From Candidatus Latescibacterota bacterium (GTDB lineage Bacteria; Latescibacterota; UBA2968; GCA-2709665), in assembly GCA_965203805.1 (NCBI GenBank), contig OZ241917.1, forward strand, positions 928,001-992,000: DNA of 64,000 nt, written 5' to 3'. This document shows, piece by piece, positions 30,054 through 39,438 of the stretch (position 1 is the first letter of the stretch; every line of letters begins with the position of its first letter). Under the pieces are notes generated by a model. The model did no database searches. It was not told the DNA's origin and was given only the letters and a program-made list of their open reading frames with translations. A program made the position numbers and the translations under genes.

Positions 30054-30422
30054 AATAATAAACTCCCGCGGTCGATCCATGTCGGGCCGATTCGCGTTCC
30101 ATCAAGCGAAGTGGGGGTTCGAGACACTCGTTCTCATCAAGTTACGGAACTCGGTTGCGCCGGGCAACCGCGAAAATTCCGGATGGCGCCTTCGGACGGG
30201 ACCAAGAAAGACGTTGCGGTAACCGGCCAATGGGCAGATATTTCCATAACACCGTGGACCCGCCTGAGCCCTGAACCGGCGATGTGAAGTCTGCCGCTTC
30301 GGCGGGTACCGCGGCACAATTCCTCCAGGTTCCCGGCGAAGGGCGTATGCACGAATGTTCCTGATGCCCGATCCGAACACCCGCCCGGGTCTCATTCGCC
30401 ATATTCATCCGAGGGTACGCTG

Positions 30423-31529
30423 ATGAAACCGATCAAGTCCGGTATCTTCATCATGCCGTTCCACCCACCGGGCAAAACGCTCGGCCAGTGCCATGACGAA
30501 GACCTGGAACTTGTGATTCGCGCCGACGAACTGGGCATCGATGAATTCTGGATTGGCGAGCATCATACCATGGTCTACGAAAACATCGCGATGCCCGAGA
30601 TATTCATCGGCGCGGCACTGCGCGAAACCGGGAAGATCCGGCTGGGCCCGGCGCCCGTGTGTCTGCAGCAACACCACCCGGCGCTTGTCGCAAGCCGGTT
30701 GTCGTTTCTCGATCATCTTTCCAAAGGGCGGCTTAACCTCTGCTTCGGACCCGGAAGCGTCCCGACCGACCTGGAAATCCTGGGTGTCGACCCGCAGGAC
30801 AGCGCTGCGATGGTCGCCGAATCGATCGAGATGATTCTCGGGCTCTGGCTGACGGATCCGCCCTATGATATCGATGGACGGTTCTGGCGGATCATGATGG
30901 ATCGCACCATCGACCCGGAGGTCGGCCTCGGGGTCATCCACAAACCCTATCAGCGACCTCATCCCCCGATCTCAATGCCAATCTCTTCGATGAACTCCGA
31001 AACGGCCCGGGAGGCGGGCAGGCGCGGCTTCCAGCCCTTCGGCCACAGCCTGATTCCATCGAACGTCCTGGCGAACATCTGGACCACCTACGAGCAGGCA
31101 GCCCTGGCGGCAGGGCACCGTCCGGACCGTTCGGACTACAAGATCGCACGGGCGATTTATCTGGCCGACACGACCGAGGAGGCGGTCAGACGTGCAAGGT
31201 CGAACACCGTGGCGGCCAATTTCGAATACATCGGCACGCTGCTCAAACGGGGCGGCAGGGGAATCGGCATGTTCAAGCGCGACCCCGATATGCCCGACGC
31301 GGACTGCAATCTGGACTACCTCATGGGCGAGCAGATCATCGCCGGCGACGTGGATACGGTTCTCGAACGGCTGCAGACCCTGCGAGCGGAGGTCGGTGAC
31401 TTCGGTACCCTTGTCATGATGTCATACGATTGGGACGATAAGGAAAGCTGGCTGCGCAGCCTCGATCTCTTCGCGAGAGACCTGATGCCCGCCCTGAACC
31501 GGTTGCCGCCCGCCGAACAGGTGGCGTGA
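30423..31529 (+). CDS. Luciferase-like (LLM class) flavin-dependent monooxygenase
   Basis: FIMPFHPP, FWIGEHH, LDHLSKGR, KPYQRPHPP. Confidence 0.9.
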   Translation: MKPIKSGIFIMPFHPPGKTLGQCHDEDLELVIRADELGIDEFWIGEHHTMVYENIAMPEIFIGAALRETGKIRLGPAPVCLQQHHPALVASRLSFLDHLSKGRLNLCFGPGSVPTDLEILGVDPQDSAAMVAESIEMILGLWLTDPPYDIDGRFWRIMMDRTIDPEVGLGVIHKPYQRPHPPISMPISSMNSETAREAGRRGFQPFGHSLIPSNVLANIWTTYEQAALAAGHRPDRSDYKIARAIYLADTTEEAVRRARSNTVAANFEYIGTLLKRGGRGIGMFKRDPDMPDADCNLDYLMGEQIIAGDVDTVLERLQTLRAEVGDFGTLVMMSYDWDDKESWLRSLDLFARDLMPALNRLPPAEQVA

Positions 31530-31590
31530 GCTCCAACCGCGAACGGAATTCGAACGGTGACCTGTTTCGTGGACTGGACGCCGGAACGCA

Positions 31591-31624
31591 GAAAAGGCGA
31601 CGCCGCGAACGGCGTCGCCTTTTC
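31591..31624. terminator. Bidirectional intrinsic terminator
   Basis: GAAAAGGCGACGCCG-cgaa-CGGCGTCGCCTTTTC between convergent genes. Confidence 0.85.
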
Positions 31625-31655
31625 AGGTCAGAAACCAGGCGTTCATCCAGACCGC

Positions 31656-32222
31656 CTACTCCATCTTTTTCGCCGCCTTGATGGGAAATTCCTTTTCGAA
31701 CCTCTTCCTGTGATTCTGTTCCCACCCGTCGATTGACTCCCGAAGCGCCGCGACCATCTGGGGCTCGACCTGCAGCAGGTCCTTCATCTTGATGGGAAAC
31801 CTCTTGCCGTCAGGATAGAAACTCCCGTCGACCACCAGTTCCTGGAGAAAGGGATACGCGGACACCAACTCACCGGGCGAAGGATGCAGCGGAGTGACGC
31901 GCGTATGAACCTTTAACCCCATATAGGTAAGGTGGCTGAATCCCATCCGGAACCGGACGTGAGCGCCCACCTTGTTCACGCGCACTTTGTGGCCTGCGTA
32001 CCGTTCGTTCAATCGCGCCGCCAGCAACTTCCAACCCTGCTTGAATTCGTTTAGCGGCATCGCACTGCCGCCGGCAAACGCCGCTTCCCGGTCTTTGGCG
32101 AGTCTCTTGGCCATCGCAAGGGACTTGTCATCCAGCTTTTTGGATTTGGCATCCGCCGTGGGAGCAAAGCAAAACGACAGACAGATGAAGAAACCCACCG
32201 AAGTTGTGAGAACGAAACGCAC
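31656..32222 (-). CDS. Secreted hypothetical protein
   Basis: GTG start after GGGGAGG; signal peptide ending TADA; no recognised domain. Confidence 0.6.
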   Translation of the reverse strand: MRFVLTTSVGFFICLSFCFAPTADAKSKKLDDKSLAMAKRLAKDREAAFAGGSAMPLNEFKQGWKLLAARLNERYAGHKVRVNKVGAHVRFRMGFSHLTYMGLKVHTRVTPLHPSPGELVSAYPFLQELVVDGSFYPDGKRFPIKMKDLLQVEPQMVAALRESIDGWEQNHRKRFEKEFPIKAAKKME

Positions 32223-32379
32223 TCTGGCCTCCCCCGGTTTAATATATGATCGCGCGACACCCGTTCCTGAAAAAGACAACCCAGGACACCCGACATTACG
32301 CCAGGTGCAACAATTCGGGTTTTGAGCAGATAAAAGGTTAAGGAATTCTAAACTATCGCGCAAGCACTTTCTCCGGCGC

Positions 32380-32419
32380 AGAAGAACACCCGCGCCCTGT
32401 GATTCGGGGTGCGCGGGTG
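32380..32419 (-). terminator. Intrinsic terminator of the feoA-feoB operon
   Basis: CACCCGCGC..GCGCGGGTG stem followed by TTCTTCT on the minus strand. Confidence 0.6.
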
Positions 32420-32445
32420 CAGATCGTACCGGAACCGGGCTCTGT

Positions 32446-32619
32446 TCAGGCCGGAGGCGGCTGCTCGATGTCGAGCAGGGGTTCTTTCGAAGCGCCGCGC
32501 TGCCCGCCGCAGGAGGAACAGCCGCCTGATCCTGCCAGGAAAGGACTCACAAACTTCCACACCGCCCAGAAAGCACAAGCGATCGCGACACCCGCCGCCA
32601 CCAACGACTGCCAGTCCAT
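32446..32619 (-). CDS. FeoB-associated Cys-rich small membrane protein
   Basis: MDWQSLVAAGVAIACAFWAVWKF TM helix then GGCSSCGG; directly after feoB. Confidence 0.75.
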   Translation of the reverse strand: MDWQSLVAAGVAIACAFWAVWKFVSPFLAGSGGCSSCGGQRGASKEPLLDIEQPPPA

Positions 32620-32623
32620 TGAT

Positions 32624-34855
32624 CTACCCCCATCCCAGAGCCATTGTGCCCTGATAGGCCGCAAGCGCGCCGATATAGGCCAATATCGTCATGTAGGCGA
32701 ACGTCAGCGTCGTCCATGCCCAGGACTGCGTCTCCCGGCGGATGACGGCCAGCGTTGATGCGCACTGCGCACAAAGCGCGAAAAACACCATCACAGACAG
32801 CGCTACAGGGACATTGAACACACGGCGTCCATCCTCCCACGTCGCATTGCGAAGCGCGCTGCGCAGGTCTTCGGAGGATTCGTCCGCGTCGCCGCTCAAA
32901 CTGTAGATGGTACCAAGCGTGGCGACAATAACCTCCCGCGCAGGGAAGGAAGCGAGCGTGGCCATACCGATGCGCCAATCCCAGCCCAGGGGCCTGACCG
33001 CAGGTTCTATCCAGTGGCCGGCCCGGCCCAGATAACTCTCATTCAGGAGGTCGGCGGCCATGCGTGCTTCCAGGTCCGAAAGCGTTTGCTGCAGCCGCGC
33101 ACCCGAAAGCGTTGCCGTCGCCGCCTGCCGGCGGCGTTCGTACTCTGCAACCGTATCCGCCGATCTGGGGAAATATGCCAGCGCCCACATCACAATGGTC
33201 GCAGCCAGAATGATGCTGCCCGCCCGCACCAGGAACGCTCTCGAACTGTGATAGACCCTGAGGCCTACCGTCCGTTTGTCCGGCACTTTGTAAGAAGGGA
33301 ATTCCAGAATAAAAGGCGGCGTTTCACCTCTCAACAACGTCTTCTTCAGAATCCAGGCGACGGGTACTGCCGCAGCCACACCCACGCAATACATCGCAAA
33401 AAGGGTCAACCCCTGCAAACCGACCCATTCTCCCAGGACCGCCTTCGCCGGAATAAATGCGCCGATCAGGATGGTGTAAACCGGTAGCCGTGCCGAACAA
33501 CTCATCAGCGGCGCTACCAGGATGGTTACCAGCCGGTTCCGTCGATCTTCGATGGACCGAGTTGCCATAATGCCAGGAACAGCACACGCAAAACTGGACA
33601 ACATCGGAATGAAGGACTGGCCCGAGAGCCCGCACTTTGTAAGGAGTCTGTCCATTAACAGGGCCGCGCGGGCCATATAGCCGCAATCTTCCAGAAGGGC
33701 AATAAAGAAAAATAGAATGGCGATCTGAGGCAGGAAAATGACGACACCGCCCACGCCCGCGATGACACCGTCCTGAATAAGGCTCTTCAGCGCCCCGTCC
33801 GGAAACCACGCGCCGACCCAACCGGACAACCAGCCAAACAGACCGTCAACCGAGTCCATCAGCGGACCGGACCACGCGTAGATGGCCTGAAAAACGACGC
33901 CCATGATGGCGACGAACAGGAGCGTCCCCAATAGCCTGTGAGTCAGCACGCGATCGATGCGGTCCGAGGGCGTCCTTTGAAGGTACCGGGGCTTCGATTC
34001 GCTTTGAGCAAGCACGCGCTTGATCCAGTTATAACGAACCTCCGATTCCAGGGCGGATAACCCTGAGTCCGTCGAAAACCGACCCCGGGTTTCAGCGATC
34101 CTTCCCCGGACGCCGTCACCGTGCGCTTCGATCAGCCGGCGCTCCGCGTAACCGCCTTCGTCGACGATCGCCCGGAAAGCCTCCGCGCGGCAGGAGGACA
34201 CACTCTGTCCATTGTATGATTGCAGGACGTCCGCGAGGCTGTCGACGGCCGCGGCGAATCCCTCCGGAAACTCCGCAAGAAGCGGAGACGCCCCGGGACG
34301 TCCGTTGAACAGCACCTGTCCCAGTTCGCGGCGCAGGTCGCCCAGCCCCCGGTTACGGTTTGCGCAAACTCCGACCACCGGTACTCCCAGGCACCGCGAG
34401 AGTCCGTCGACGTCAATTCGAATGCCCCGGGCATCCGCCACGTCCATCATATTCAGCGCGACAAGTGTGGGCAGGCCGAGTTCGAGCACCTGTGAGACCA
34501 GGTAAAGATTCCGATAGAGATTGGATGCGTCTACAATGGCCAGGACCGCGTCTACCTTGCGCTCGCCGGGCAGACGTCCGAGCAGCACGTCGGCGACGAT
34601 CATCTCATCGGGCGCGTGAGCGGCCAGGCTGTAGGTCCCGGGCAGGTCGACGAGATCCACGGTCCTGTCATCCGACAGCCTGAACCGCCCGACCTTACGC
34701 TCGACCGTTACGCCGGGATAATTTCCCACATGTTGAAAAAGACCGGTAAGACCGTTGAAAAGCGTGGTCTTACCGGTATTGGGATTGCCCACGAGAGCAA
34801 TGGTATGGCGTTGATTCGTCCCGGTGTGCGGTCCGCCGGAATACTCCGTGGCCAT
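32624..34855 (-). CDS. feoB: Ferrous iron transporter FeoB (full length)
   Basis: GNPNTGKT, GNYPGVTVE, DLPG, NMMD; LEDCGYMAR, CSARLPVY, AREV, QCASTL. Confidence 0.95.
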   Translation of the reverse strand: MATEYSGGPHTGTNQRHTIALVGNPNTGKTTLFNGLTGLFQHVGNYPGVTVERKVGRFRLSDDRTVDLVDLPGTYSLAAHAPDEMIVADVLLGRLPGERKVDAVLAIVDASNLYRNLYLVSQVLELGLPTLVALNMMDVADARGIRIDVDGLSRCLGVPVVGVCANRNRGLGDLRRELGQVLFNGRPGASPLLAEFPEGFAAAVDSLADVLQSYNGQSVSSCRAEAFRAIVDEGGYAERRLIEAHGDGVRGRIAETRGRFSTDSGLSALESEVRYNWIKRVLAQSESKPRYLQRTPSDRIDRVLTHRLLGTLLFVAIMGVVFQAIYAWSGPLMDSVDGLFGWLSGWVGAWFPDGALKSLIQDGVIAGVGGVVIFLPQIAILFFFIALLEDCGYMARAALLMDRLLTKCGLSGQSFIPMLSSFACAVPGIMATRSIEDRRNRLVTILVAPLMSCSARLPVYTILIGAFIPAKAVLGEWVGLQGLTLFAMYCVGVAAAVPVAWILKKTLLRGETPPFILEFPSYKVPDKRTVGLRVYHSSRAFLVRAGSIILAATIVMWALAYFPRSADTVAEYERRRQAATATLSGARLQQTLSDLEARMAADLLNESYLGRAGHWIEPAVRPLGWDWRIGMATLASFPAREVIVATLGTIYSLSGDADESSEDLRSALRNATWEDGRRVFNVPVALSVMVFFALCAQCASTLAVIRRETQSWAWTTLTFAYMTILAYIGALAAYQGTMALGWG

Positions 34856-34865
34856 GCGATAAACC

Positions 34866-35168
34866 TCAATAGATCGGACTGAGCCTCACGGCGGCCGCAT
34901 CGTGCATCCGCAAACAGAACCGTGCGTCTTCCACCTGCACGACCAAGCGGCCGCCGGCACGAAGCATGCGAACGCGTACTCCCGGGCAGACACCCAGTTC
35001 GCGCAACCGGGAAGCCAGGGGTGAATTCCCGACAACCGATTCGACCGTGCCCTCGTCGCCCACGTCCAGTCCGGCAAGCGAGCCACGGAACATCCGATGC
35101 GACCGGTTCTTACGATCGGGCCGGAGCCGGGCGCCGCGAGCAGCCAGTTGCATCAGGCGCGCCACCAT
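34866..35168 (-). CDS. feoA: Ferrous iron transport protein FeoA
   Basis: RLRELGVCPG SH3-like motif; adjacent to feoB; start 35168 or 35093. Confidence 0.8.
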   Translation of the reverse strand: MVARLMQLAARGARLRPDRKNRSHRMFRGSLAGLDVGDEGTVESVVGNSPLASRLRELGVCPGVRVRMLRAGGRLVVQVEDARFCLRMHDAAAVRLSPIY

Positions 35169-35199
35169 TGCACCATCCTTTTTTTATCGCGTTGCTGGA

Positions 35200-35730
35200 T
35201 CAACTGTCAGAACCGATTCTGAGCAGACACTCATCCTCGCAGATCGGGCAATCGGCCTCGTCATGGCAGAAGTCGCCGGTCTGCCAGAACGCGTCCAGAA
35301 ACTCCCGTGCTTCCGGCGTATCCGCAAGCAGGAATCTCACGAAATTCAACAGTTTTTCGCTGGTTTCCTCGCTCAACAGGTGTTCAACCTTGCACGCGTC
35401 CACTTCCGACTGATGGCTTTCGACCTGCAGCACGTCCTTCAGAAACTTGCGGACGATGGCGCGCTTGGCAAGTACCAGGTCGACCAGCCGTTCCCCCCTT
35501 TCGGAAAGCCGCAGGAATTTGTTCTCGTCTTCCTGTACGAACCCTTTCTGTCGGAGTGCTTTCAATGTAAGCGACGCGCTGCCCCTCGTTATATCCAGAT
35601 ATCTTGCAACATCCGACACACGCGCGTACCCATACCGGTCTTTCAATTCTCGGATGGCGGCGAGGTGATGAGCGACACTGTGCGTGATCTCATTCTCCTC
35701 GAACGCTTTCCATACATCGGAAGATGCCAT
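35200..35730 (-). CDS. DtxR/MntR-family regulator with Cys-rich C-terminal tail
   Basis: ARVSDVARYLDITRGSAS HTH, DACKVEHLLS, tail CHDEADCPICEDEC; start MASSD after purine-rich RBS. Confidence 0.85.
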   Translation of the reverse strand: MASSDVWKAFEENEITHSVAHHLAAIRELKDRYGYARVSDVARYLDITRGSASLTLKALRQKGFVQEDENKFLRLSERGERLVDLVLAKRAIVRKFLKDVLQVESHQSEVDACKVEHLLSEETSEKLLNFVRFLLADTPEAREFLDAFWQTGDFCHDEADCPICEDECLLRIGSDS

Positions 35731-35790
35731 CGGGCCCCCTTTCCGCCTCCAAGCGTCTGAACCAGCCAGTTGTTTTGCAAATATAACACT

Positions 35791-35827
35791 CGTTATAAAT
35801 TTATACAACGGGCAGGTCGAAAGTCAA
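35791..35827 (-). promoter_or_regulatory. Putative promoter and palindromic operator of the dtxR-feoA-feoB operon
   Basis: Minus strand TTGACT then TATAAA/TAAATT at 16-18 bp; perfect palindrome TATAAATTTATA (35794-35805) overlaps the -10. Confidence 0.55.
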
Positions 35828-35848
35828 GAGAAATTTAGTGTGTATCCG

Positions 35849-36010
35849 GCAGCCCGTTGAAAACGACCATCCGGGCTACGTCCGGCCCTTATGACCGAAA
35901 TACGGCGTTGCGCTCCCTCCCCGAATCCAGGGATTCGCGTCGGTCGCGCGCCTTGTCTTCGGCCACAATGACTCGGCCTCGCCTGCAGAGCGACTTTTTC
36001 AACGGACTGC
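35849..36010. mobile_element. MITE-like element 1 (162 bp)
   Basis: 15-bp terminal inverted repeats GCAGCCCGTTGAAAA / TTTTCAACGGACTGC (1 mismatch); no convincing ORF inside. Confidence 0.65.
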
Positions 36011-36174
36011 AGTGTTCTGTCCCGGAAATAAGTTGCCTGAATTCGGCCGTCGAGTCGCCCGGCTCGCAAGGCGCCAGAGCGCAGGCGACCTGGCCAGGTC
36101 GGCGAGCGACGGCAACGCCGCGAGACGGGATGAATCGGCGGAAGAATGGTGAGGTATTTTTGGGACAGGACACT
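36011..36174. mobile_element. MITE-like element 2 (164 bp)
   Basis: 20-bp imperfect TIRs AGTGTTCTGTCCCGGAAATA / TATTTTTGGGACAGGACACT; related deleted copy at 9496-9564. Confidence 0.72.
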
Positions 36175-36277
36175 TGGGTCGGTGGCGGCGCGCTTGACTT
36201 TTCCATCCCGTTTTCGTATACCTCACGGACCGGGCGGCCGGCCCATGCCCCCGAGATCCTTTATAGGGAGCCCATCT

Positions 36278-38980
36278 ATGACGGAAACTATTGATTTCAC
36301 GGAGGTTGCAAGACTGCCTCAGCCTGGCGACAACGTCGCCATCGCGACGCGATTTCTGCAGGCGGGCACATGTATCCGCACCCGACGTTCGGTCCTTCGG
36401 CTGGATTCCGACATGCTGGAGGGCCACCGGTTCGCCGTCGCCCCCATTTCCGGCGGTGAATTCCTTCTTTCCTGGAATCTTCCCTTTGGGGTCGCGCTGA
36501 GGGACATCTCGCCGGGCGCCTATGTCTGTAACGCCGGGATGCTGGAAGCACTCCGGCTCCGAAACCTTGAATTTCAGCTGCCGGCCGTACCCAATTTTGA
36601 AGACCGCATCGAACCCTACCTGCTTGAGGAGGATGCATTCCACAACGGCAACCAGGTTCCGCCGGCCGGCGATCTCCGCACCTTCGAGGGGTACGTCAGA
36701 GGCGCTGCGCGCGGCGTGGGCACTCGAAATTACATCCTGGTCATGGGCACGACCTCGCGCACCGGGGCGTTCGTAAAACGGCTCGAGGAACGACTTGGCG
36801 GGCTGGCCGATGCCTTTCCCGACGTAGACGGGATTGTCGCCGTTTCACACACCGAAGGAGGCGGGCGAACCTCCCCGAATAATCTGGAGCTTCTGCTGAG
36901 AACGCTTGCGGGCTTTATGGTTCACCCGAACATCGGCGCCGTCCTGGCCGTGGACTACGGAACGGAGCCGCTCACCAATGCCATGCTGCGCGCTTACATG
37001 GACAGGAACAATGCTCCCCTGTCCGACGTCCCCCACTGCTTTCTTACCTTGCGTGGCGGCTTTGATGAGAATCTGGATCGGGCCCGGGACGTCGTCACGG
37101 GATGGCTGGAGGAAGTGAACCGCGCGACCCGGAAGCCGACGCCCATGGCGGGCTTGAAGATCGCGCTTCAATGCGGGGGATCCGACGCCTTCTCCGGTGT
37201 TTCGGGAAATCCGCTGGCATCGTGGGCGGCCCGTGAGATCATCCGGCACGGCGGCGCCGCAAACCTGGCGGAAACGGATGAACTGATCGGCGCTGAGCCC
37301 TATGTGCTGCAGAATGTCAGGGACCTGGACACGGCCCGCCGGTTTCTCGACCGGGTCGAAGCCTATAAGGAACTCGCGGCCCGCCATGGCACGAGCGCCG
37401 AAGGCAACCCCTCCGGCGGCAACAAGTTCCGCGGAATCTACAACATTGTGCTGAAATCCATCGGCGCCGCCATGAAGCGTCACCCGGAGGTCCGCCTCGA
37501 CGGCGTTCTGGACTACAGCGCGCCCATGCGCGAGCCCGGGTTTTACTTCATGGACAGCCCGGGAAACGACCTCGAAAGCATTGCCGGGCAGGTCGCATCG
37601 GGATGCAACCTCATCTATTTTATTACGGGAAACGGCTCAATAACCAATTTTCCGTTCGTCCCGACCCTGAAAATCATTACAACCACCGGCCGCTACGAAC
37701 TCCTCGCAAACGAAATGGACGTCAACGCGGGCGCCTATCTGGACGGGACCCCCATGGACGCCCTGGGGGCGCGGATGACGGGCCTTACGCTTGACGTGGC
37801 CTCGGGCGAGCGGAGCAAAGGGGAACGGGCGGGCCACGCCCAGGTATCCATCTGGCGTAACTGGCGCCAGACGGACAGTACCAGCCTCGAGCTTCTCCGG
37901 TCGGGCGCGCAACCGTCCGGGAAACCCATTGCCCTCGATACGGAACACGCCGCATTGTCCGGCTCATTTCGCGGCATCGCCACAGCCGCGGGAATCGCCA
38001 CGGATCAGATCGGACTGATCCTGCCAACCAGCCTTTGTGCGGGACAGGTCGCAAGGATGGCCGCCGCGGGGCTCGACCGGAAGCAGATCGGGAAAGACCG
38101 TGGCATGACCAGGTATGTCGCGCTTGTTCACACGGAGGGCTGCGGCGTCGCAGGCGACGCGACCGAGAGGATGTATTCGCGAACCATGCTCGGCTACCTC
38201 ACGCACCCGCTGGTAAAACACGCGCTCCTGCTGGAGCACGGCTGCGAAAAAACCCATAACGACTATCTTCGACACGAACTTGAACGCGGCGGCATCGACC
38301 CCAACCGTTTTGGCTGGTCGAGCATCCAGCTCGACGGCGGACTCGAGTGCGCGTTGCGCAATGTAGAATCCTGGTTCGCGAACCAGGCGGCCGGCAGCCG
38401 CCCGCCCGTCTATGAACAATCCGGCCCGGCGGCATTGTCGGTGGGCATCCTGAGCGACGGCGAGGTCAATGCAACAGCCGCGGCGTCGATGGCTGTCCTT
38501 GTGTGTCGTCTGGTGCGGGCCGGCGCAACCGTTGTGACGCCGGACAACTCGGCGCTGCTGGACGCCGCAGCCTTTGCCGATACGATTCCGGAAAACGCAA
38601 CAACGCGCCCGTCGCTCGGGTACGGACAGACAGCCGTCGGACCGGGGCTTTTCATTATGGAGACACAAACGGACCACTGGGTCGAGACGCTTACGGGGAT
38701 GGGCGGAACGGGCGTGGAAATCCTGATCGCGCACGTCTCTGAACACCCTGTGCAGGGGCACCCGATGCTGCCGTTGCTTCAGACGTGTGCGGAGCCGTCG
38801 ATGCAGGCGCTCTTTGCCGGTGATCTCGACCTGCTGCTGTCCGCCACCCCGGCGCGGAACGTCGAACGGATCGCCGGGCTGTTGATGGAAACCGCGTCGC
38901 GGAACTACACGCCGGTGGCGATGCGGCAGAAGAATACGGACTTTCAGTTTACGCGAGGGCTGCTCGGCGTTTCCATGTGA
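36278..38980 (+). CDS. UxaA/GarD-family (altronate/galactarate) dehydratase with SAF domain and duplicated core
   Basis: GDNVAIA SAF domain; VGTRNY, HPNIGAVL, LQCGGSDAFSGVSGNP, NPSGGNKFRG, MDSPGND; second HTEGCG/GCE module. Confidence 0.85.
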   Translation: MTETIDFTEVARLPQPGDNVAIATRFLQAGTCIRTRRSVLRLDSDMLEGHRFAVAPISGGEFLLSWNLPFGVALRDISPGAYVCNAGMLEALRLRNLEFQLPAVPNFEDRIEPYLLEEDAFHNGNQVPPAGDLRTFEGYVRGAARGVGTRNYILVMGTTSRTGAFVKRLEERLGGLADAFPDVDGIVAVSHTEGGGRTSPNNLELLLRTLAGFMVHPNIGAVLAVDYGTEPLTNAMLRAYMDRNNAPLSDVPHCFLTLRGGFDENLDRARDVVTGWLEEVNRATRKPTPMAGLKIALQCGGSDAFSGVSGNPLASWAAREIIRHGGAANLAETDELIGAEPYVLQNVRDLDTARRFLDRVEAYKELAARHGTSAEGNPSGGNKFRGIYNIVLKSIGAAMKRHPEVRLDGVLDYSAPMREPGFYFMDSPGNDLESIAGQVASGCNLIYFITGNGSITNFPFVPTLKIITTTGRYELLANEMDVNAGAYLDGTPMDALGARMTGLTLDVASGERSKGERAGHAQVSIWRNWRQTDSTSLELLRSGAQPSGKPIALDTEHAALSGSFRGIATAAGIATDQIGLILPTSLCAGQVARMAAAGLDRKQIGKDRGMTRYVALVHTEGCGVAGDATERMYSRTMLGYLTHPLVKHALLLEHGCEKTHNDYLRHELERGGIDPNRFGWSSIQLDGGLECALRNVESWFANQAAGSRPPVYEQSGPAALSVGILSDGEVNATAAASMAVLVCRLVRAGATVVTPDNSALLDAAAFADTIPENATTRPSLGYGQTAVGPGLFIMETQTDHWVETLTGMGGTGVEILIAHVSEHPVQGHPMLPLLQTCAEPSMQALFAGDLDLLLSATPARNVERIAGLLMETASRNYTPVAMRQKNTDFQFTRGLLGVSM

Positions 38981-39055
38981 CCAAAAGGAGAAACGGGCGT
39001 CGTGATGTCCGGGAGAACGCCCGTTTCGCCGGCAATTGCGCCGCAATGCGGTGCT

Positions 39056-39346
39056 CTATCCGCCCGATGCAATCCAGCCCTGAATCGCCGACGCGATCTT
39101 TCTTCCCTGCTCCAGACTAGAAATATTGAATTTGCTGCGAGGCAGATACACCCCGTCTCTCTTCTGGTATCGTCGAATCGTCACTTTCGCAGGCCCGTAT
39201 TCGCCGGATTGCCGGTTCAGGTCCTGGTACAGGAACATGACCGTCGCCCACGCACCGCGCGAAAGCACGTGTTTGTCCAGTTCCCTGCAGAGCAGAACAC
39301 CGCCTTCTTCGTAGTTGACGCTCAGTTCGTCCACCGATTCCGCCAT
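39056..39346 (-). CDS. Small hypothetical protein
   Basis: 96 aa, GGAGG RBS, natural composition with beta-rich aromatic/basic stretch and C-terminal helix. Confidence 0.75.
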   Translation of the reverse strand: MAESVDELSVNYEEGGVLLCRELDKHVLSRGAWATVMFLYQDLNRQSGEYGPAKVTIRRYQKRDGVYLPRSKFNISSLEQGRKIASAIQGWIASGG

Positions 39347-39438
39347 CGACTCGCCTCCTTTCAGACCGCGCCGACTCGGGAGTTGTGCATCCTGCCTGCC
39401 GGTCGCTGAGGGTCTGTTTCATTCAGAGGACCGCACCG

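Noticed and set aside
30081-30422. 340-bp intergenic region as a possible 6S RNA or riboswitch
   Set aside because: Only short GGTGTTCG/GGTTCA look-alikes; no long closing stem could be paired by eye; needs an Infernal/Rfam scan
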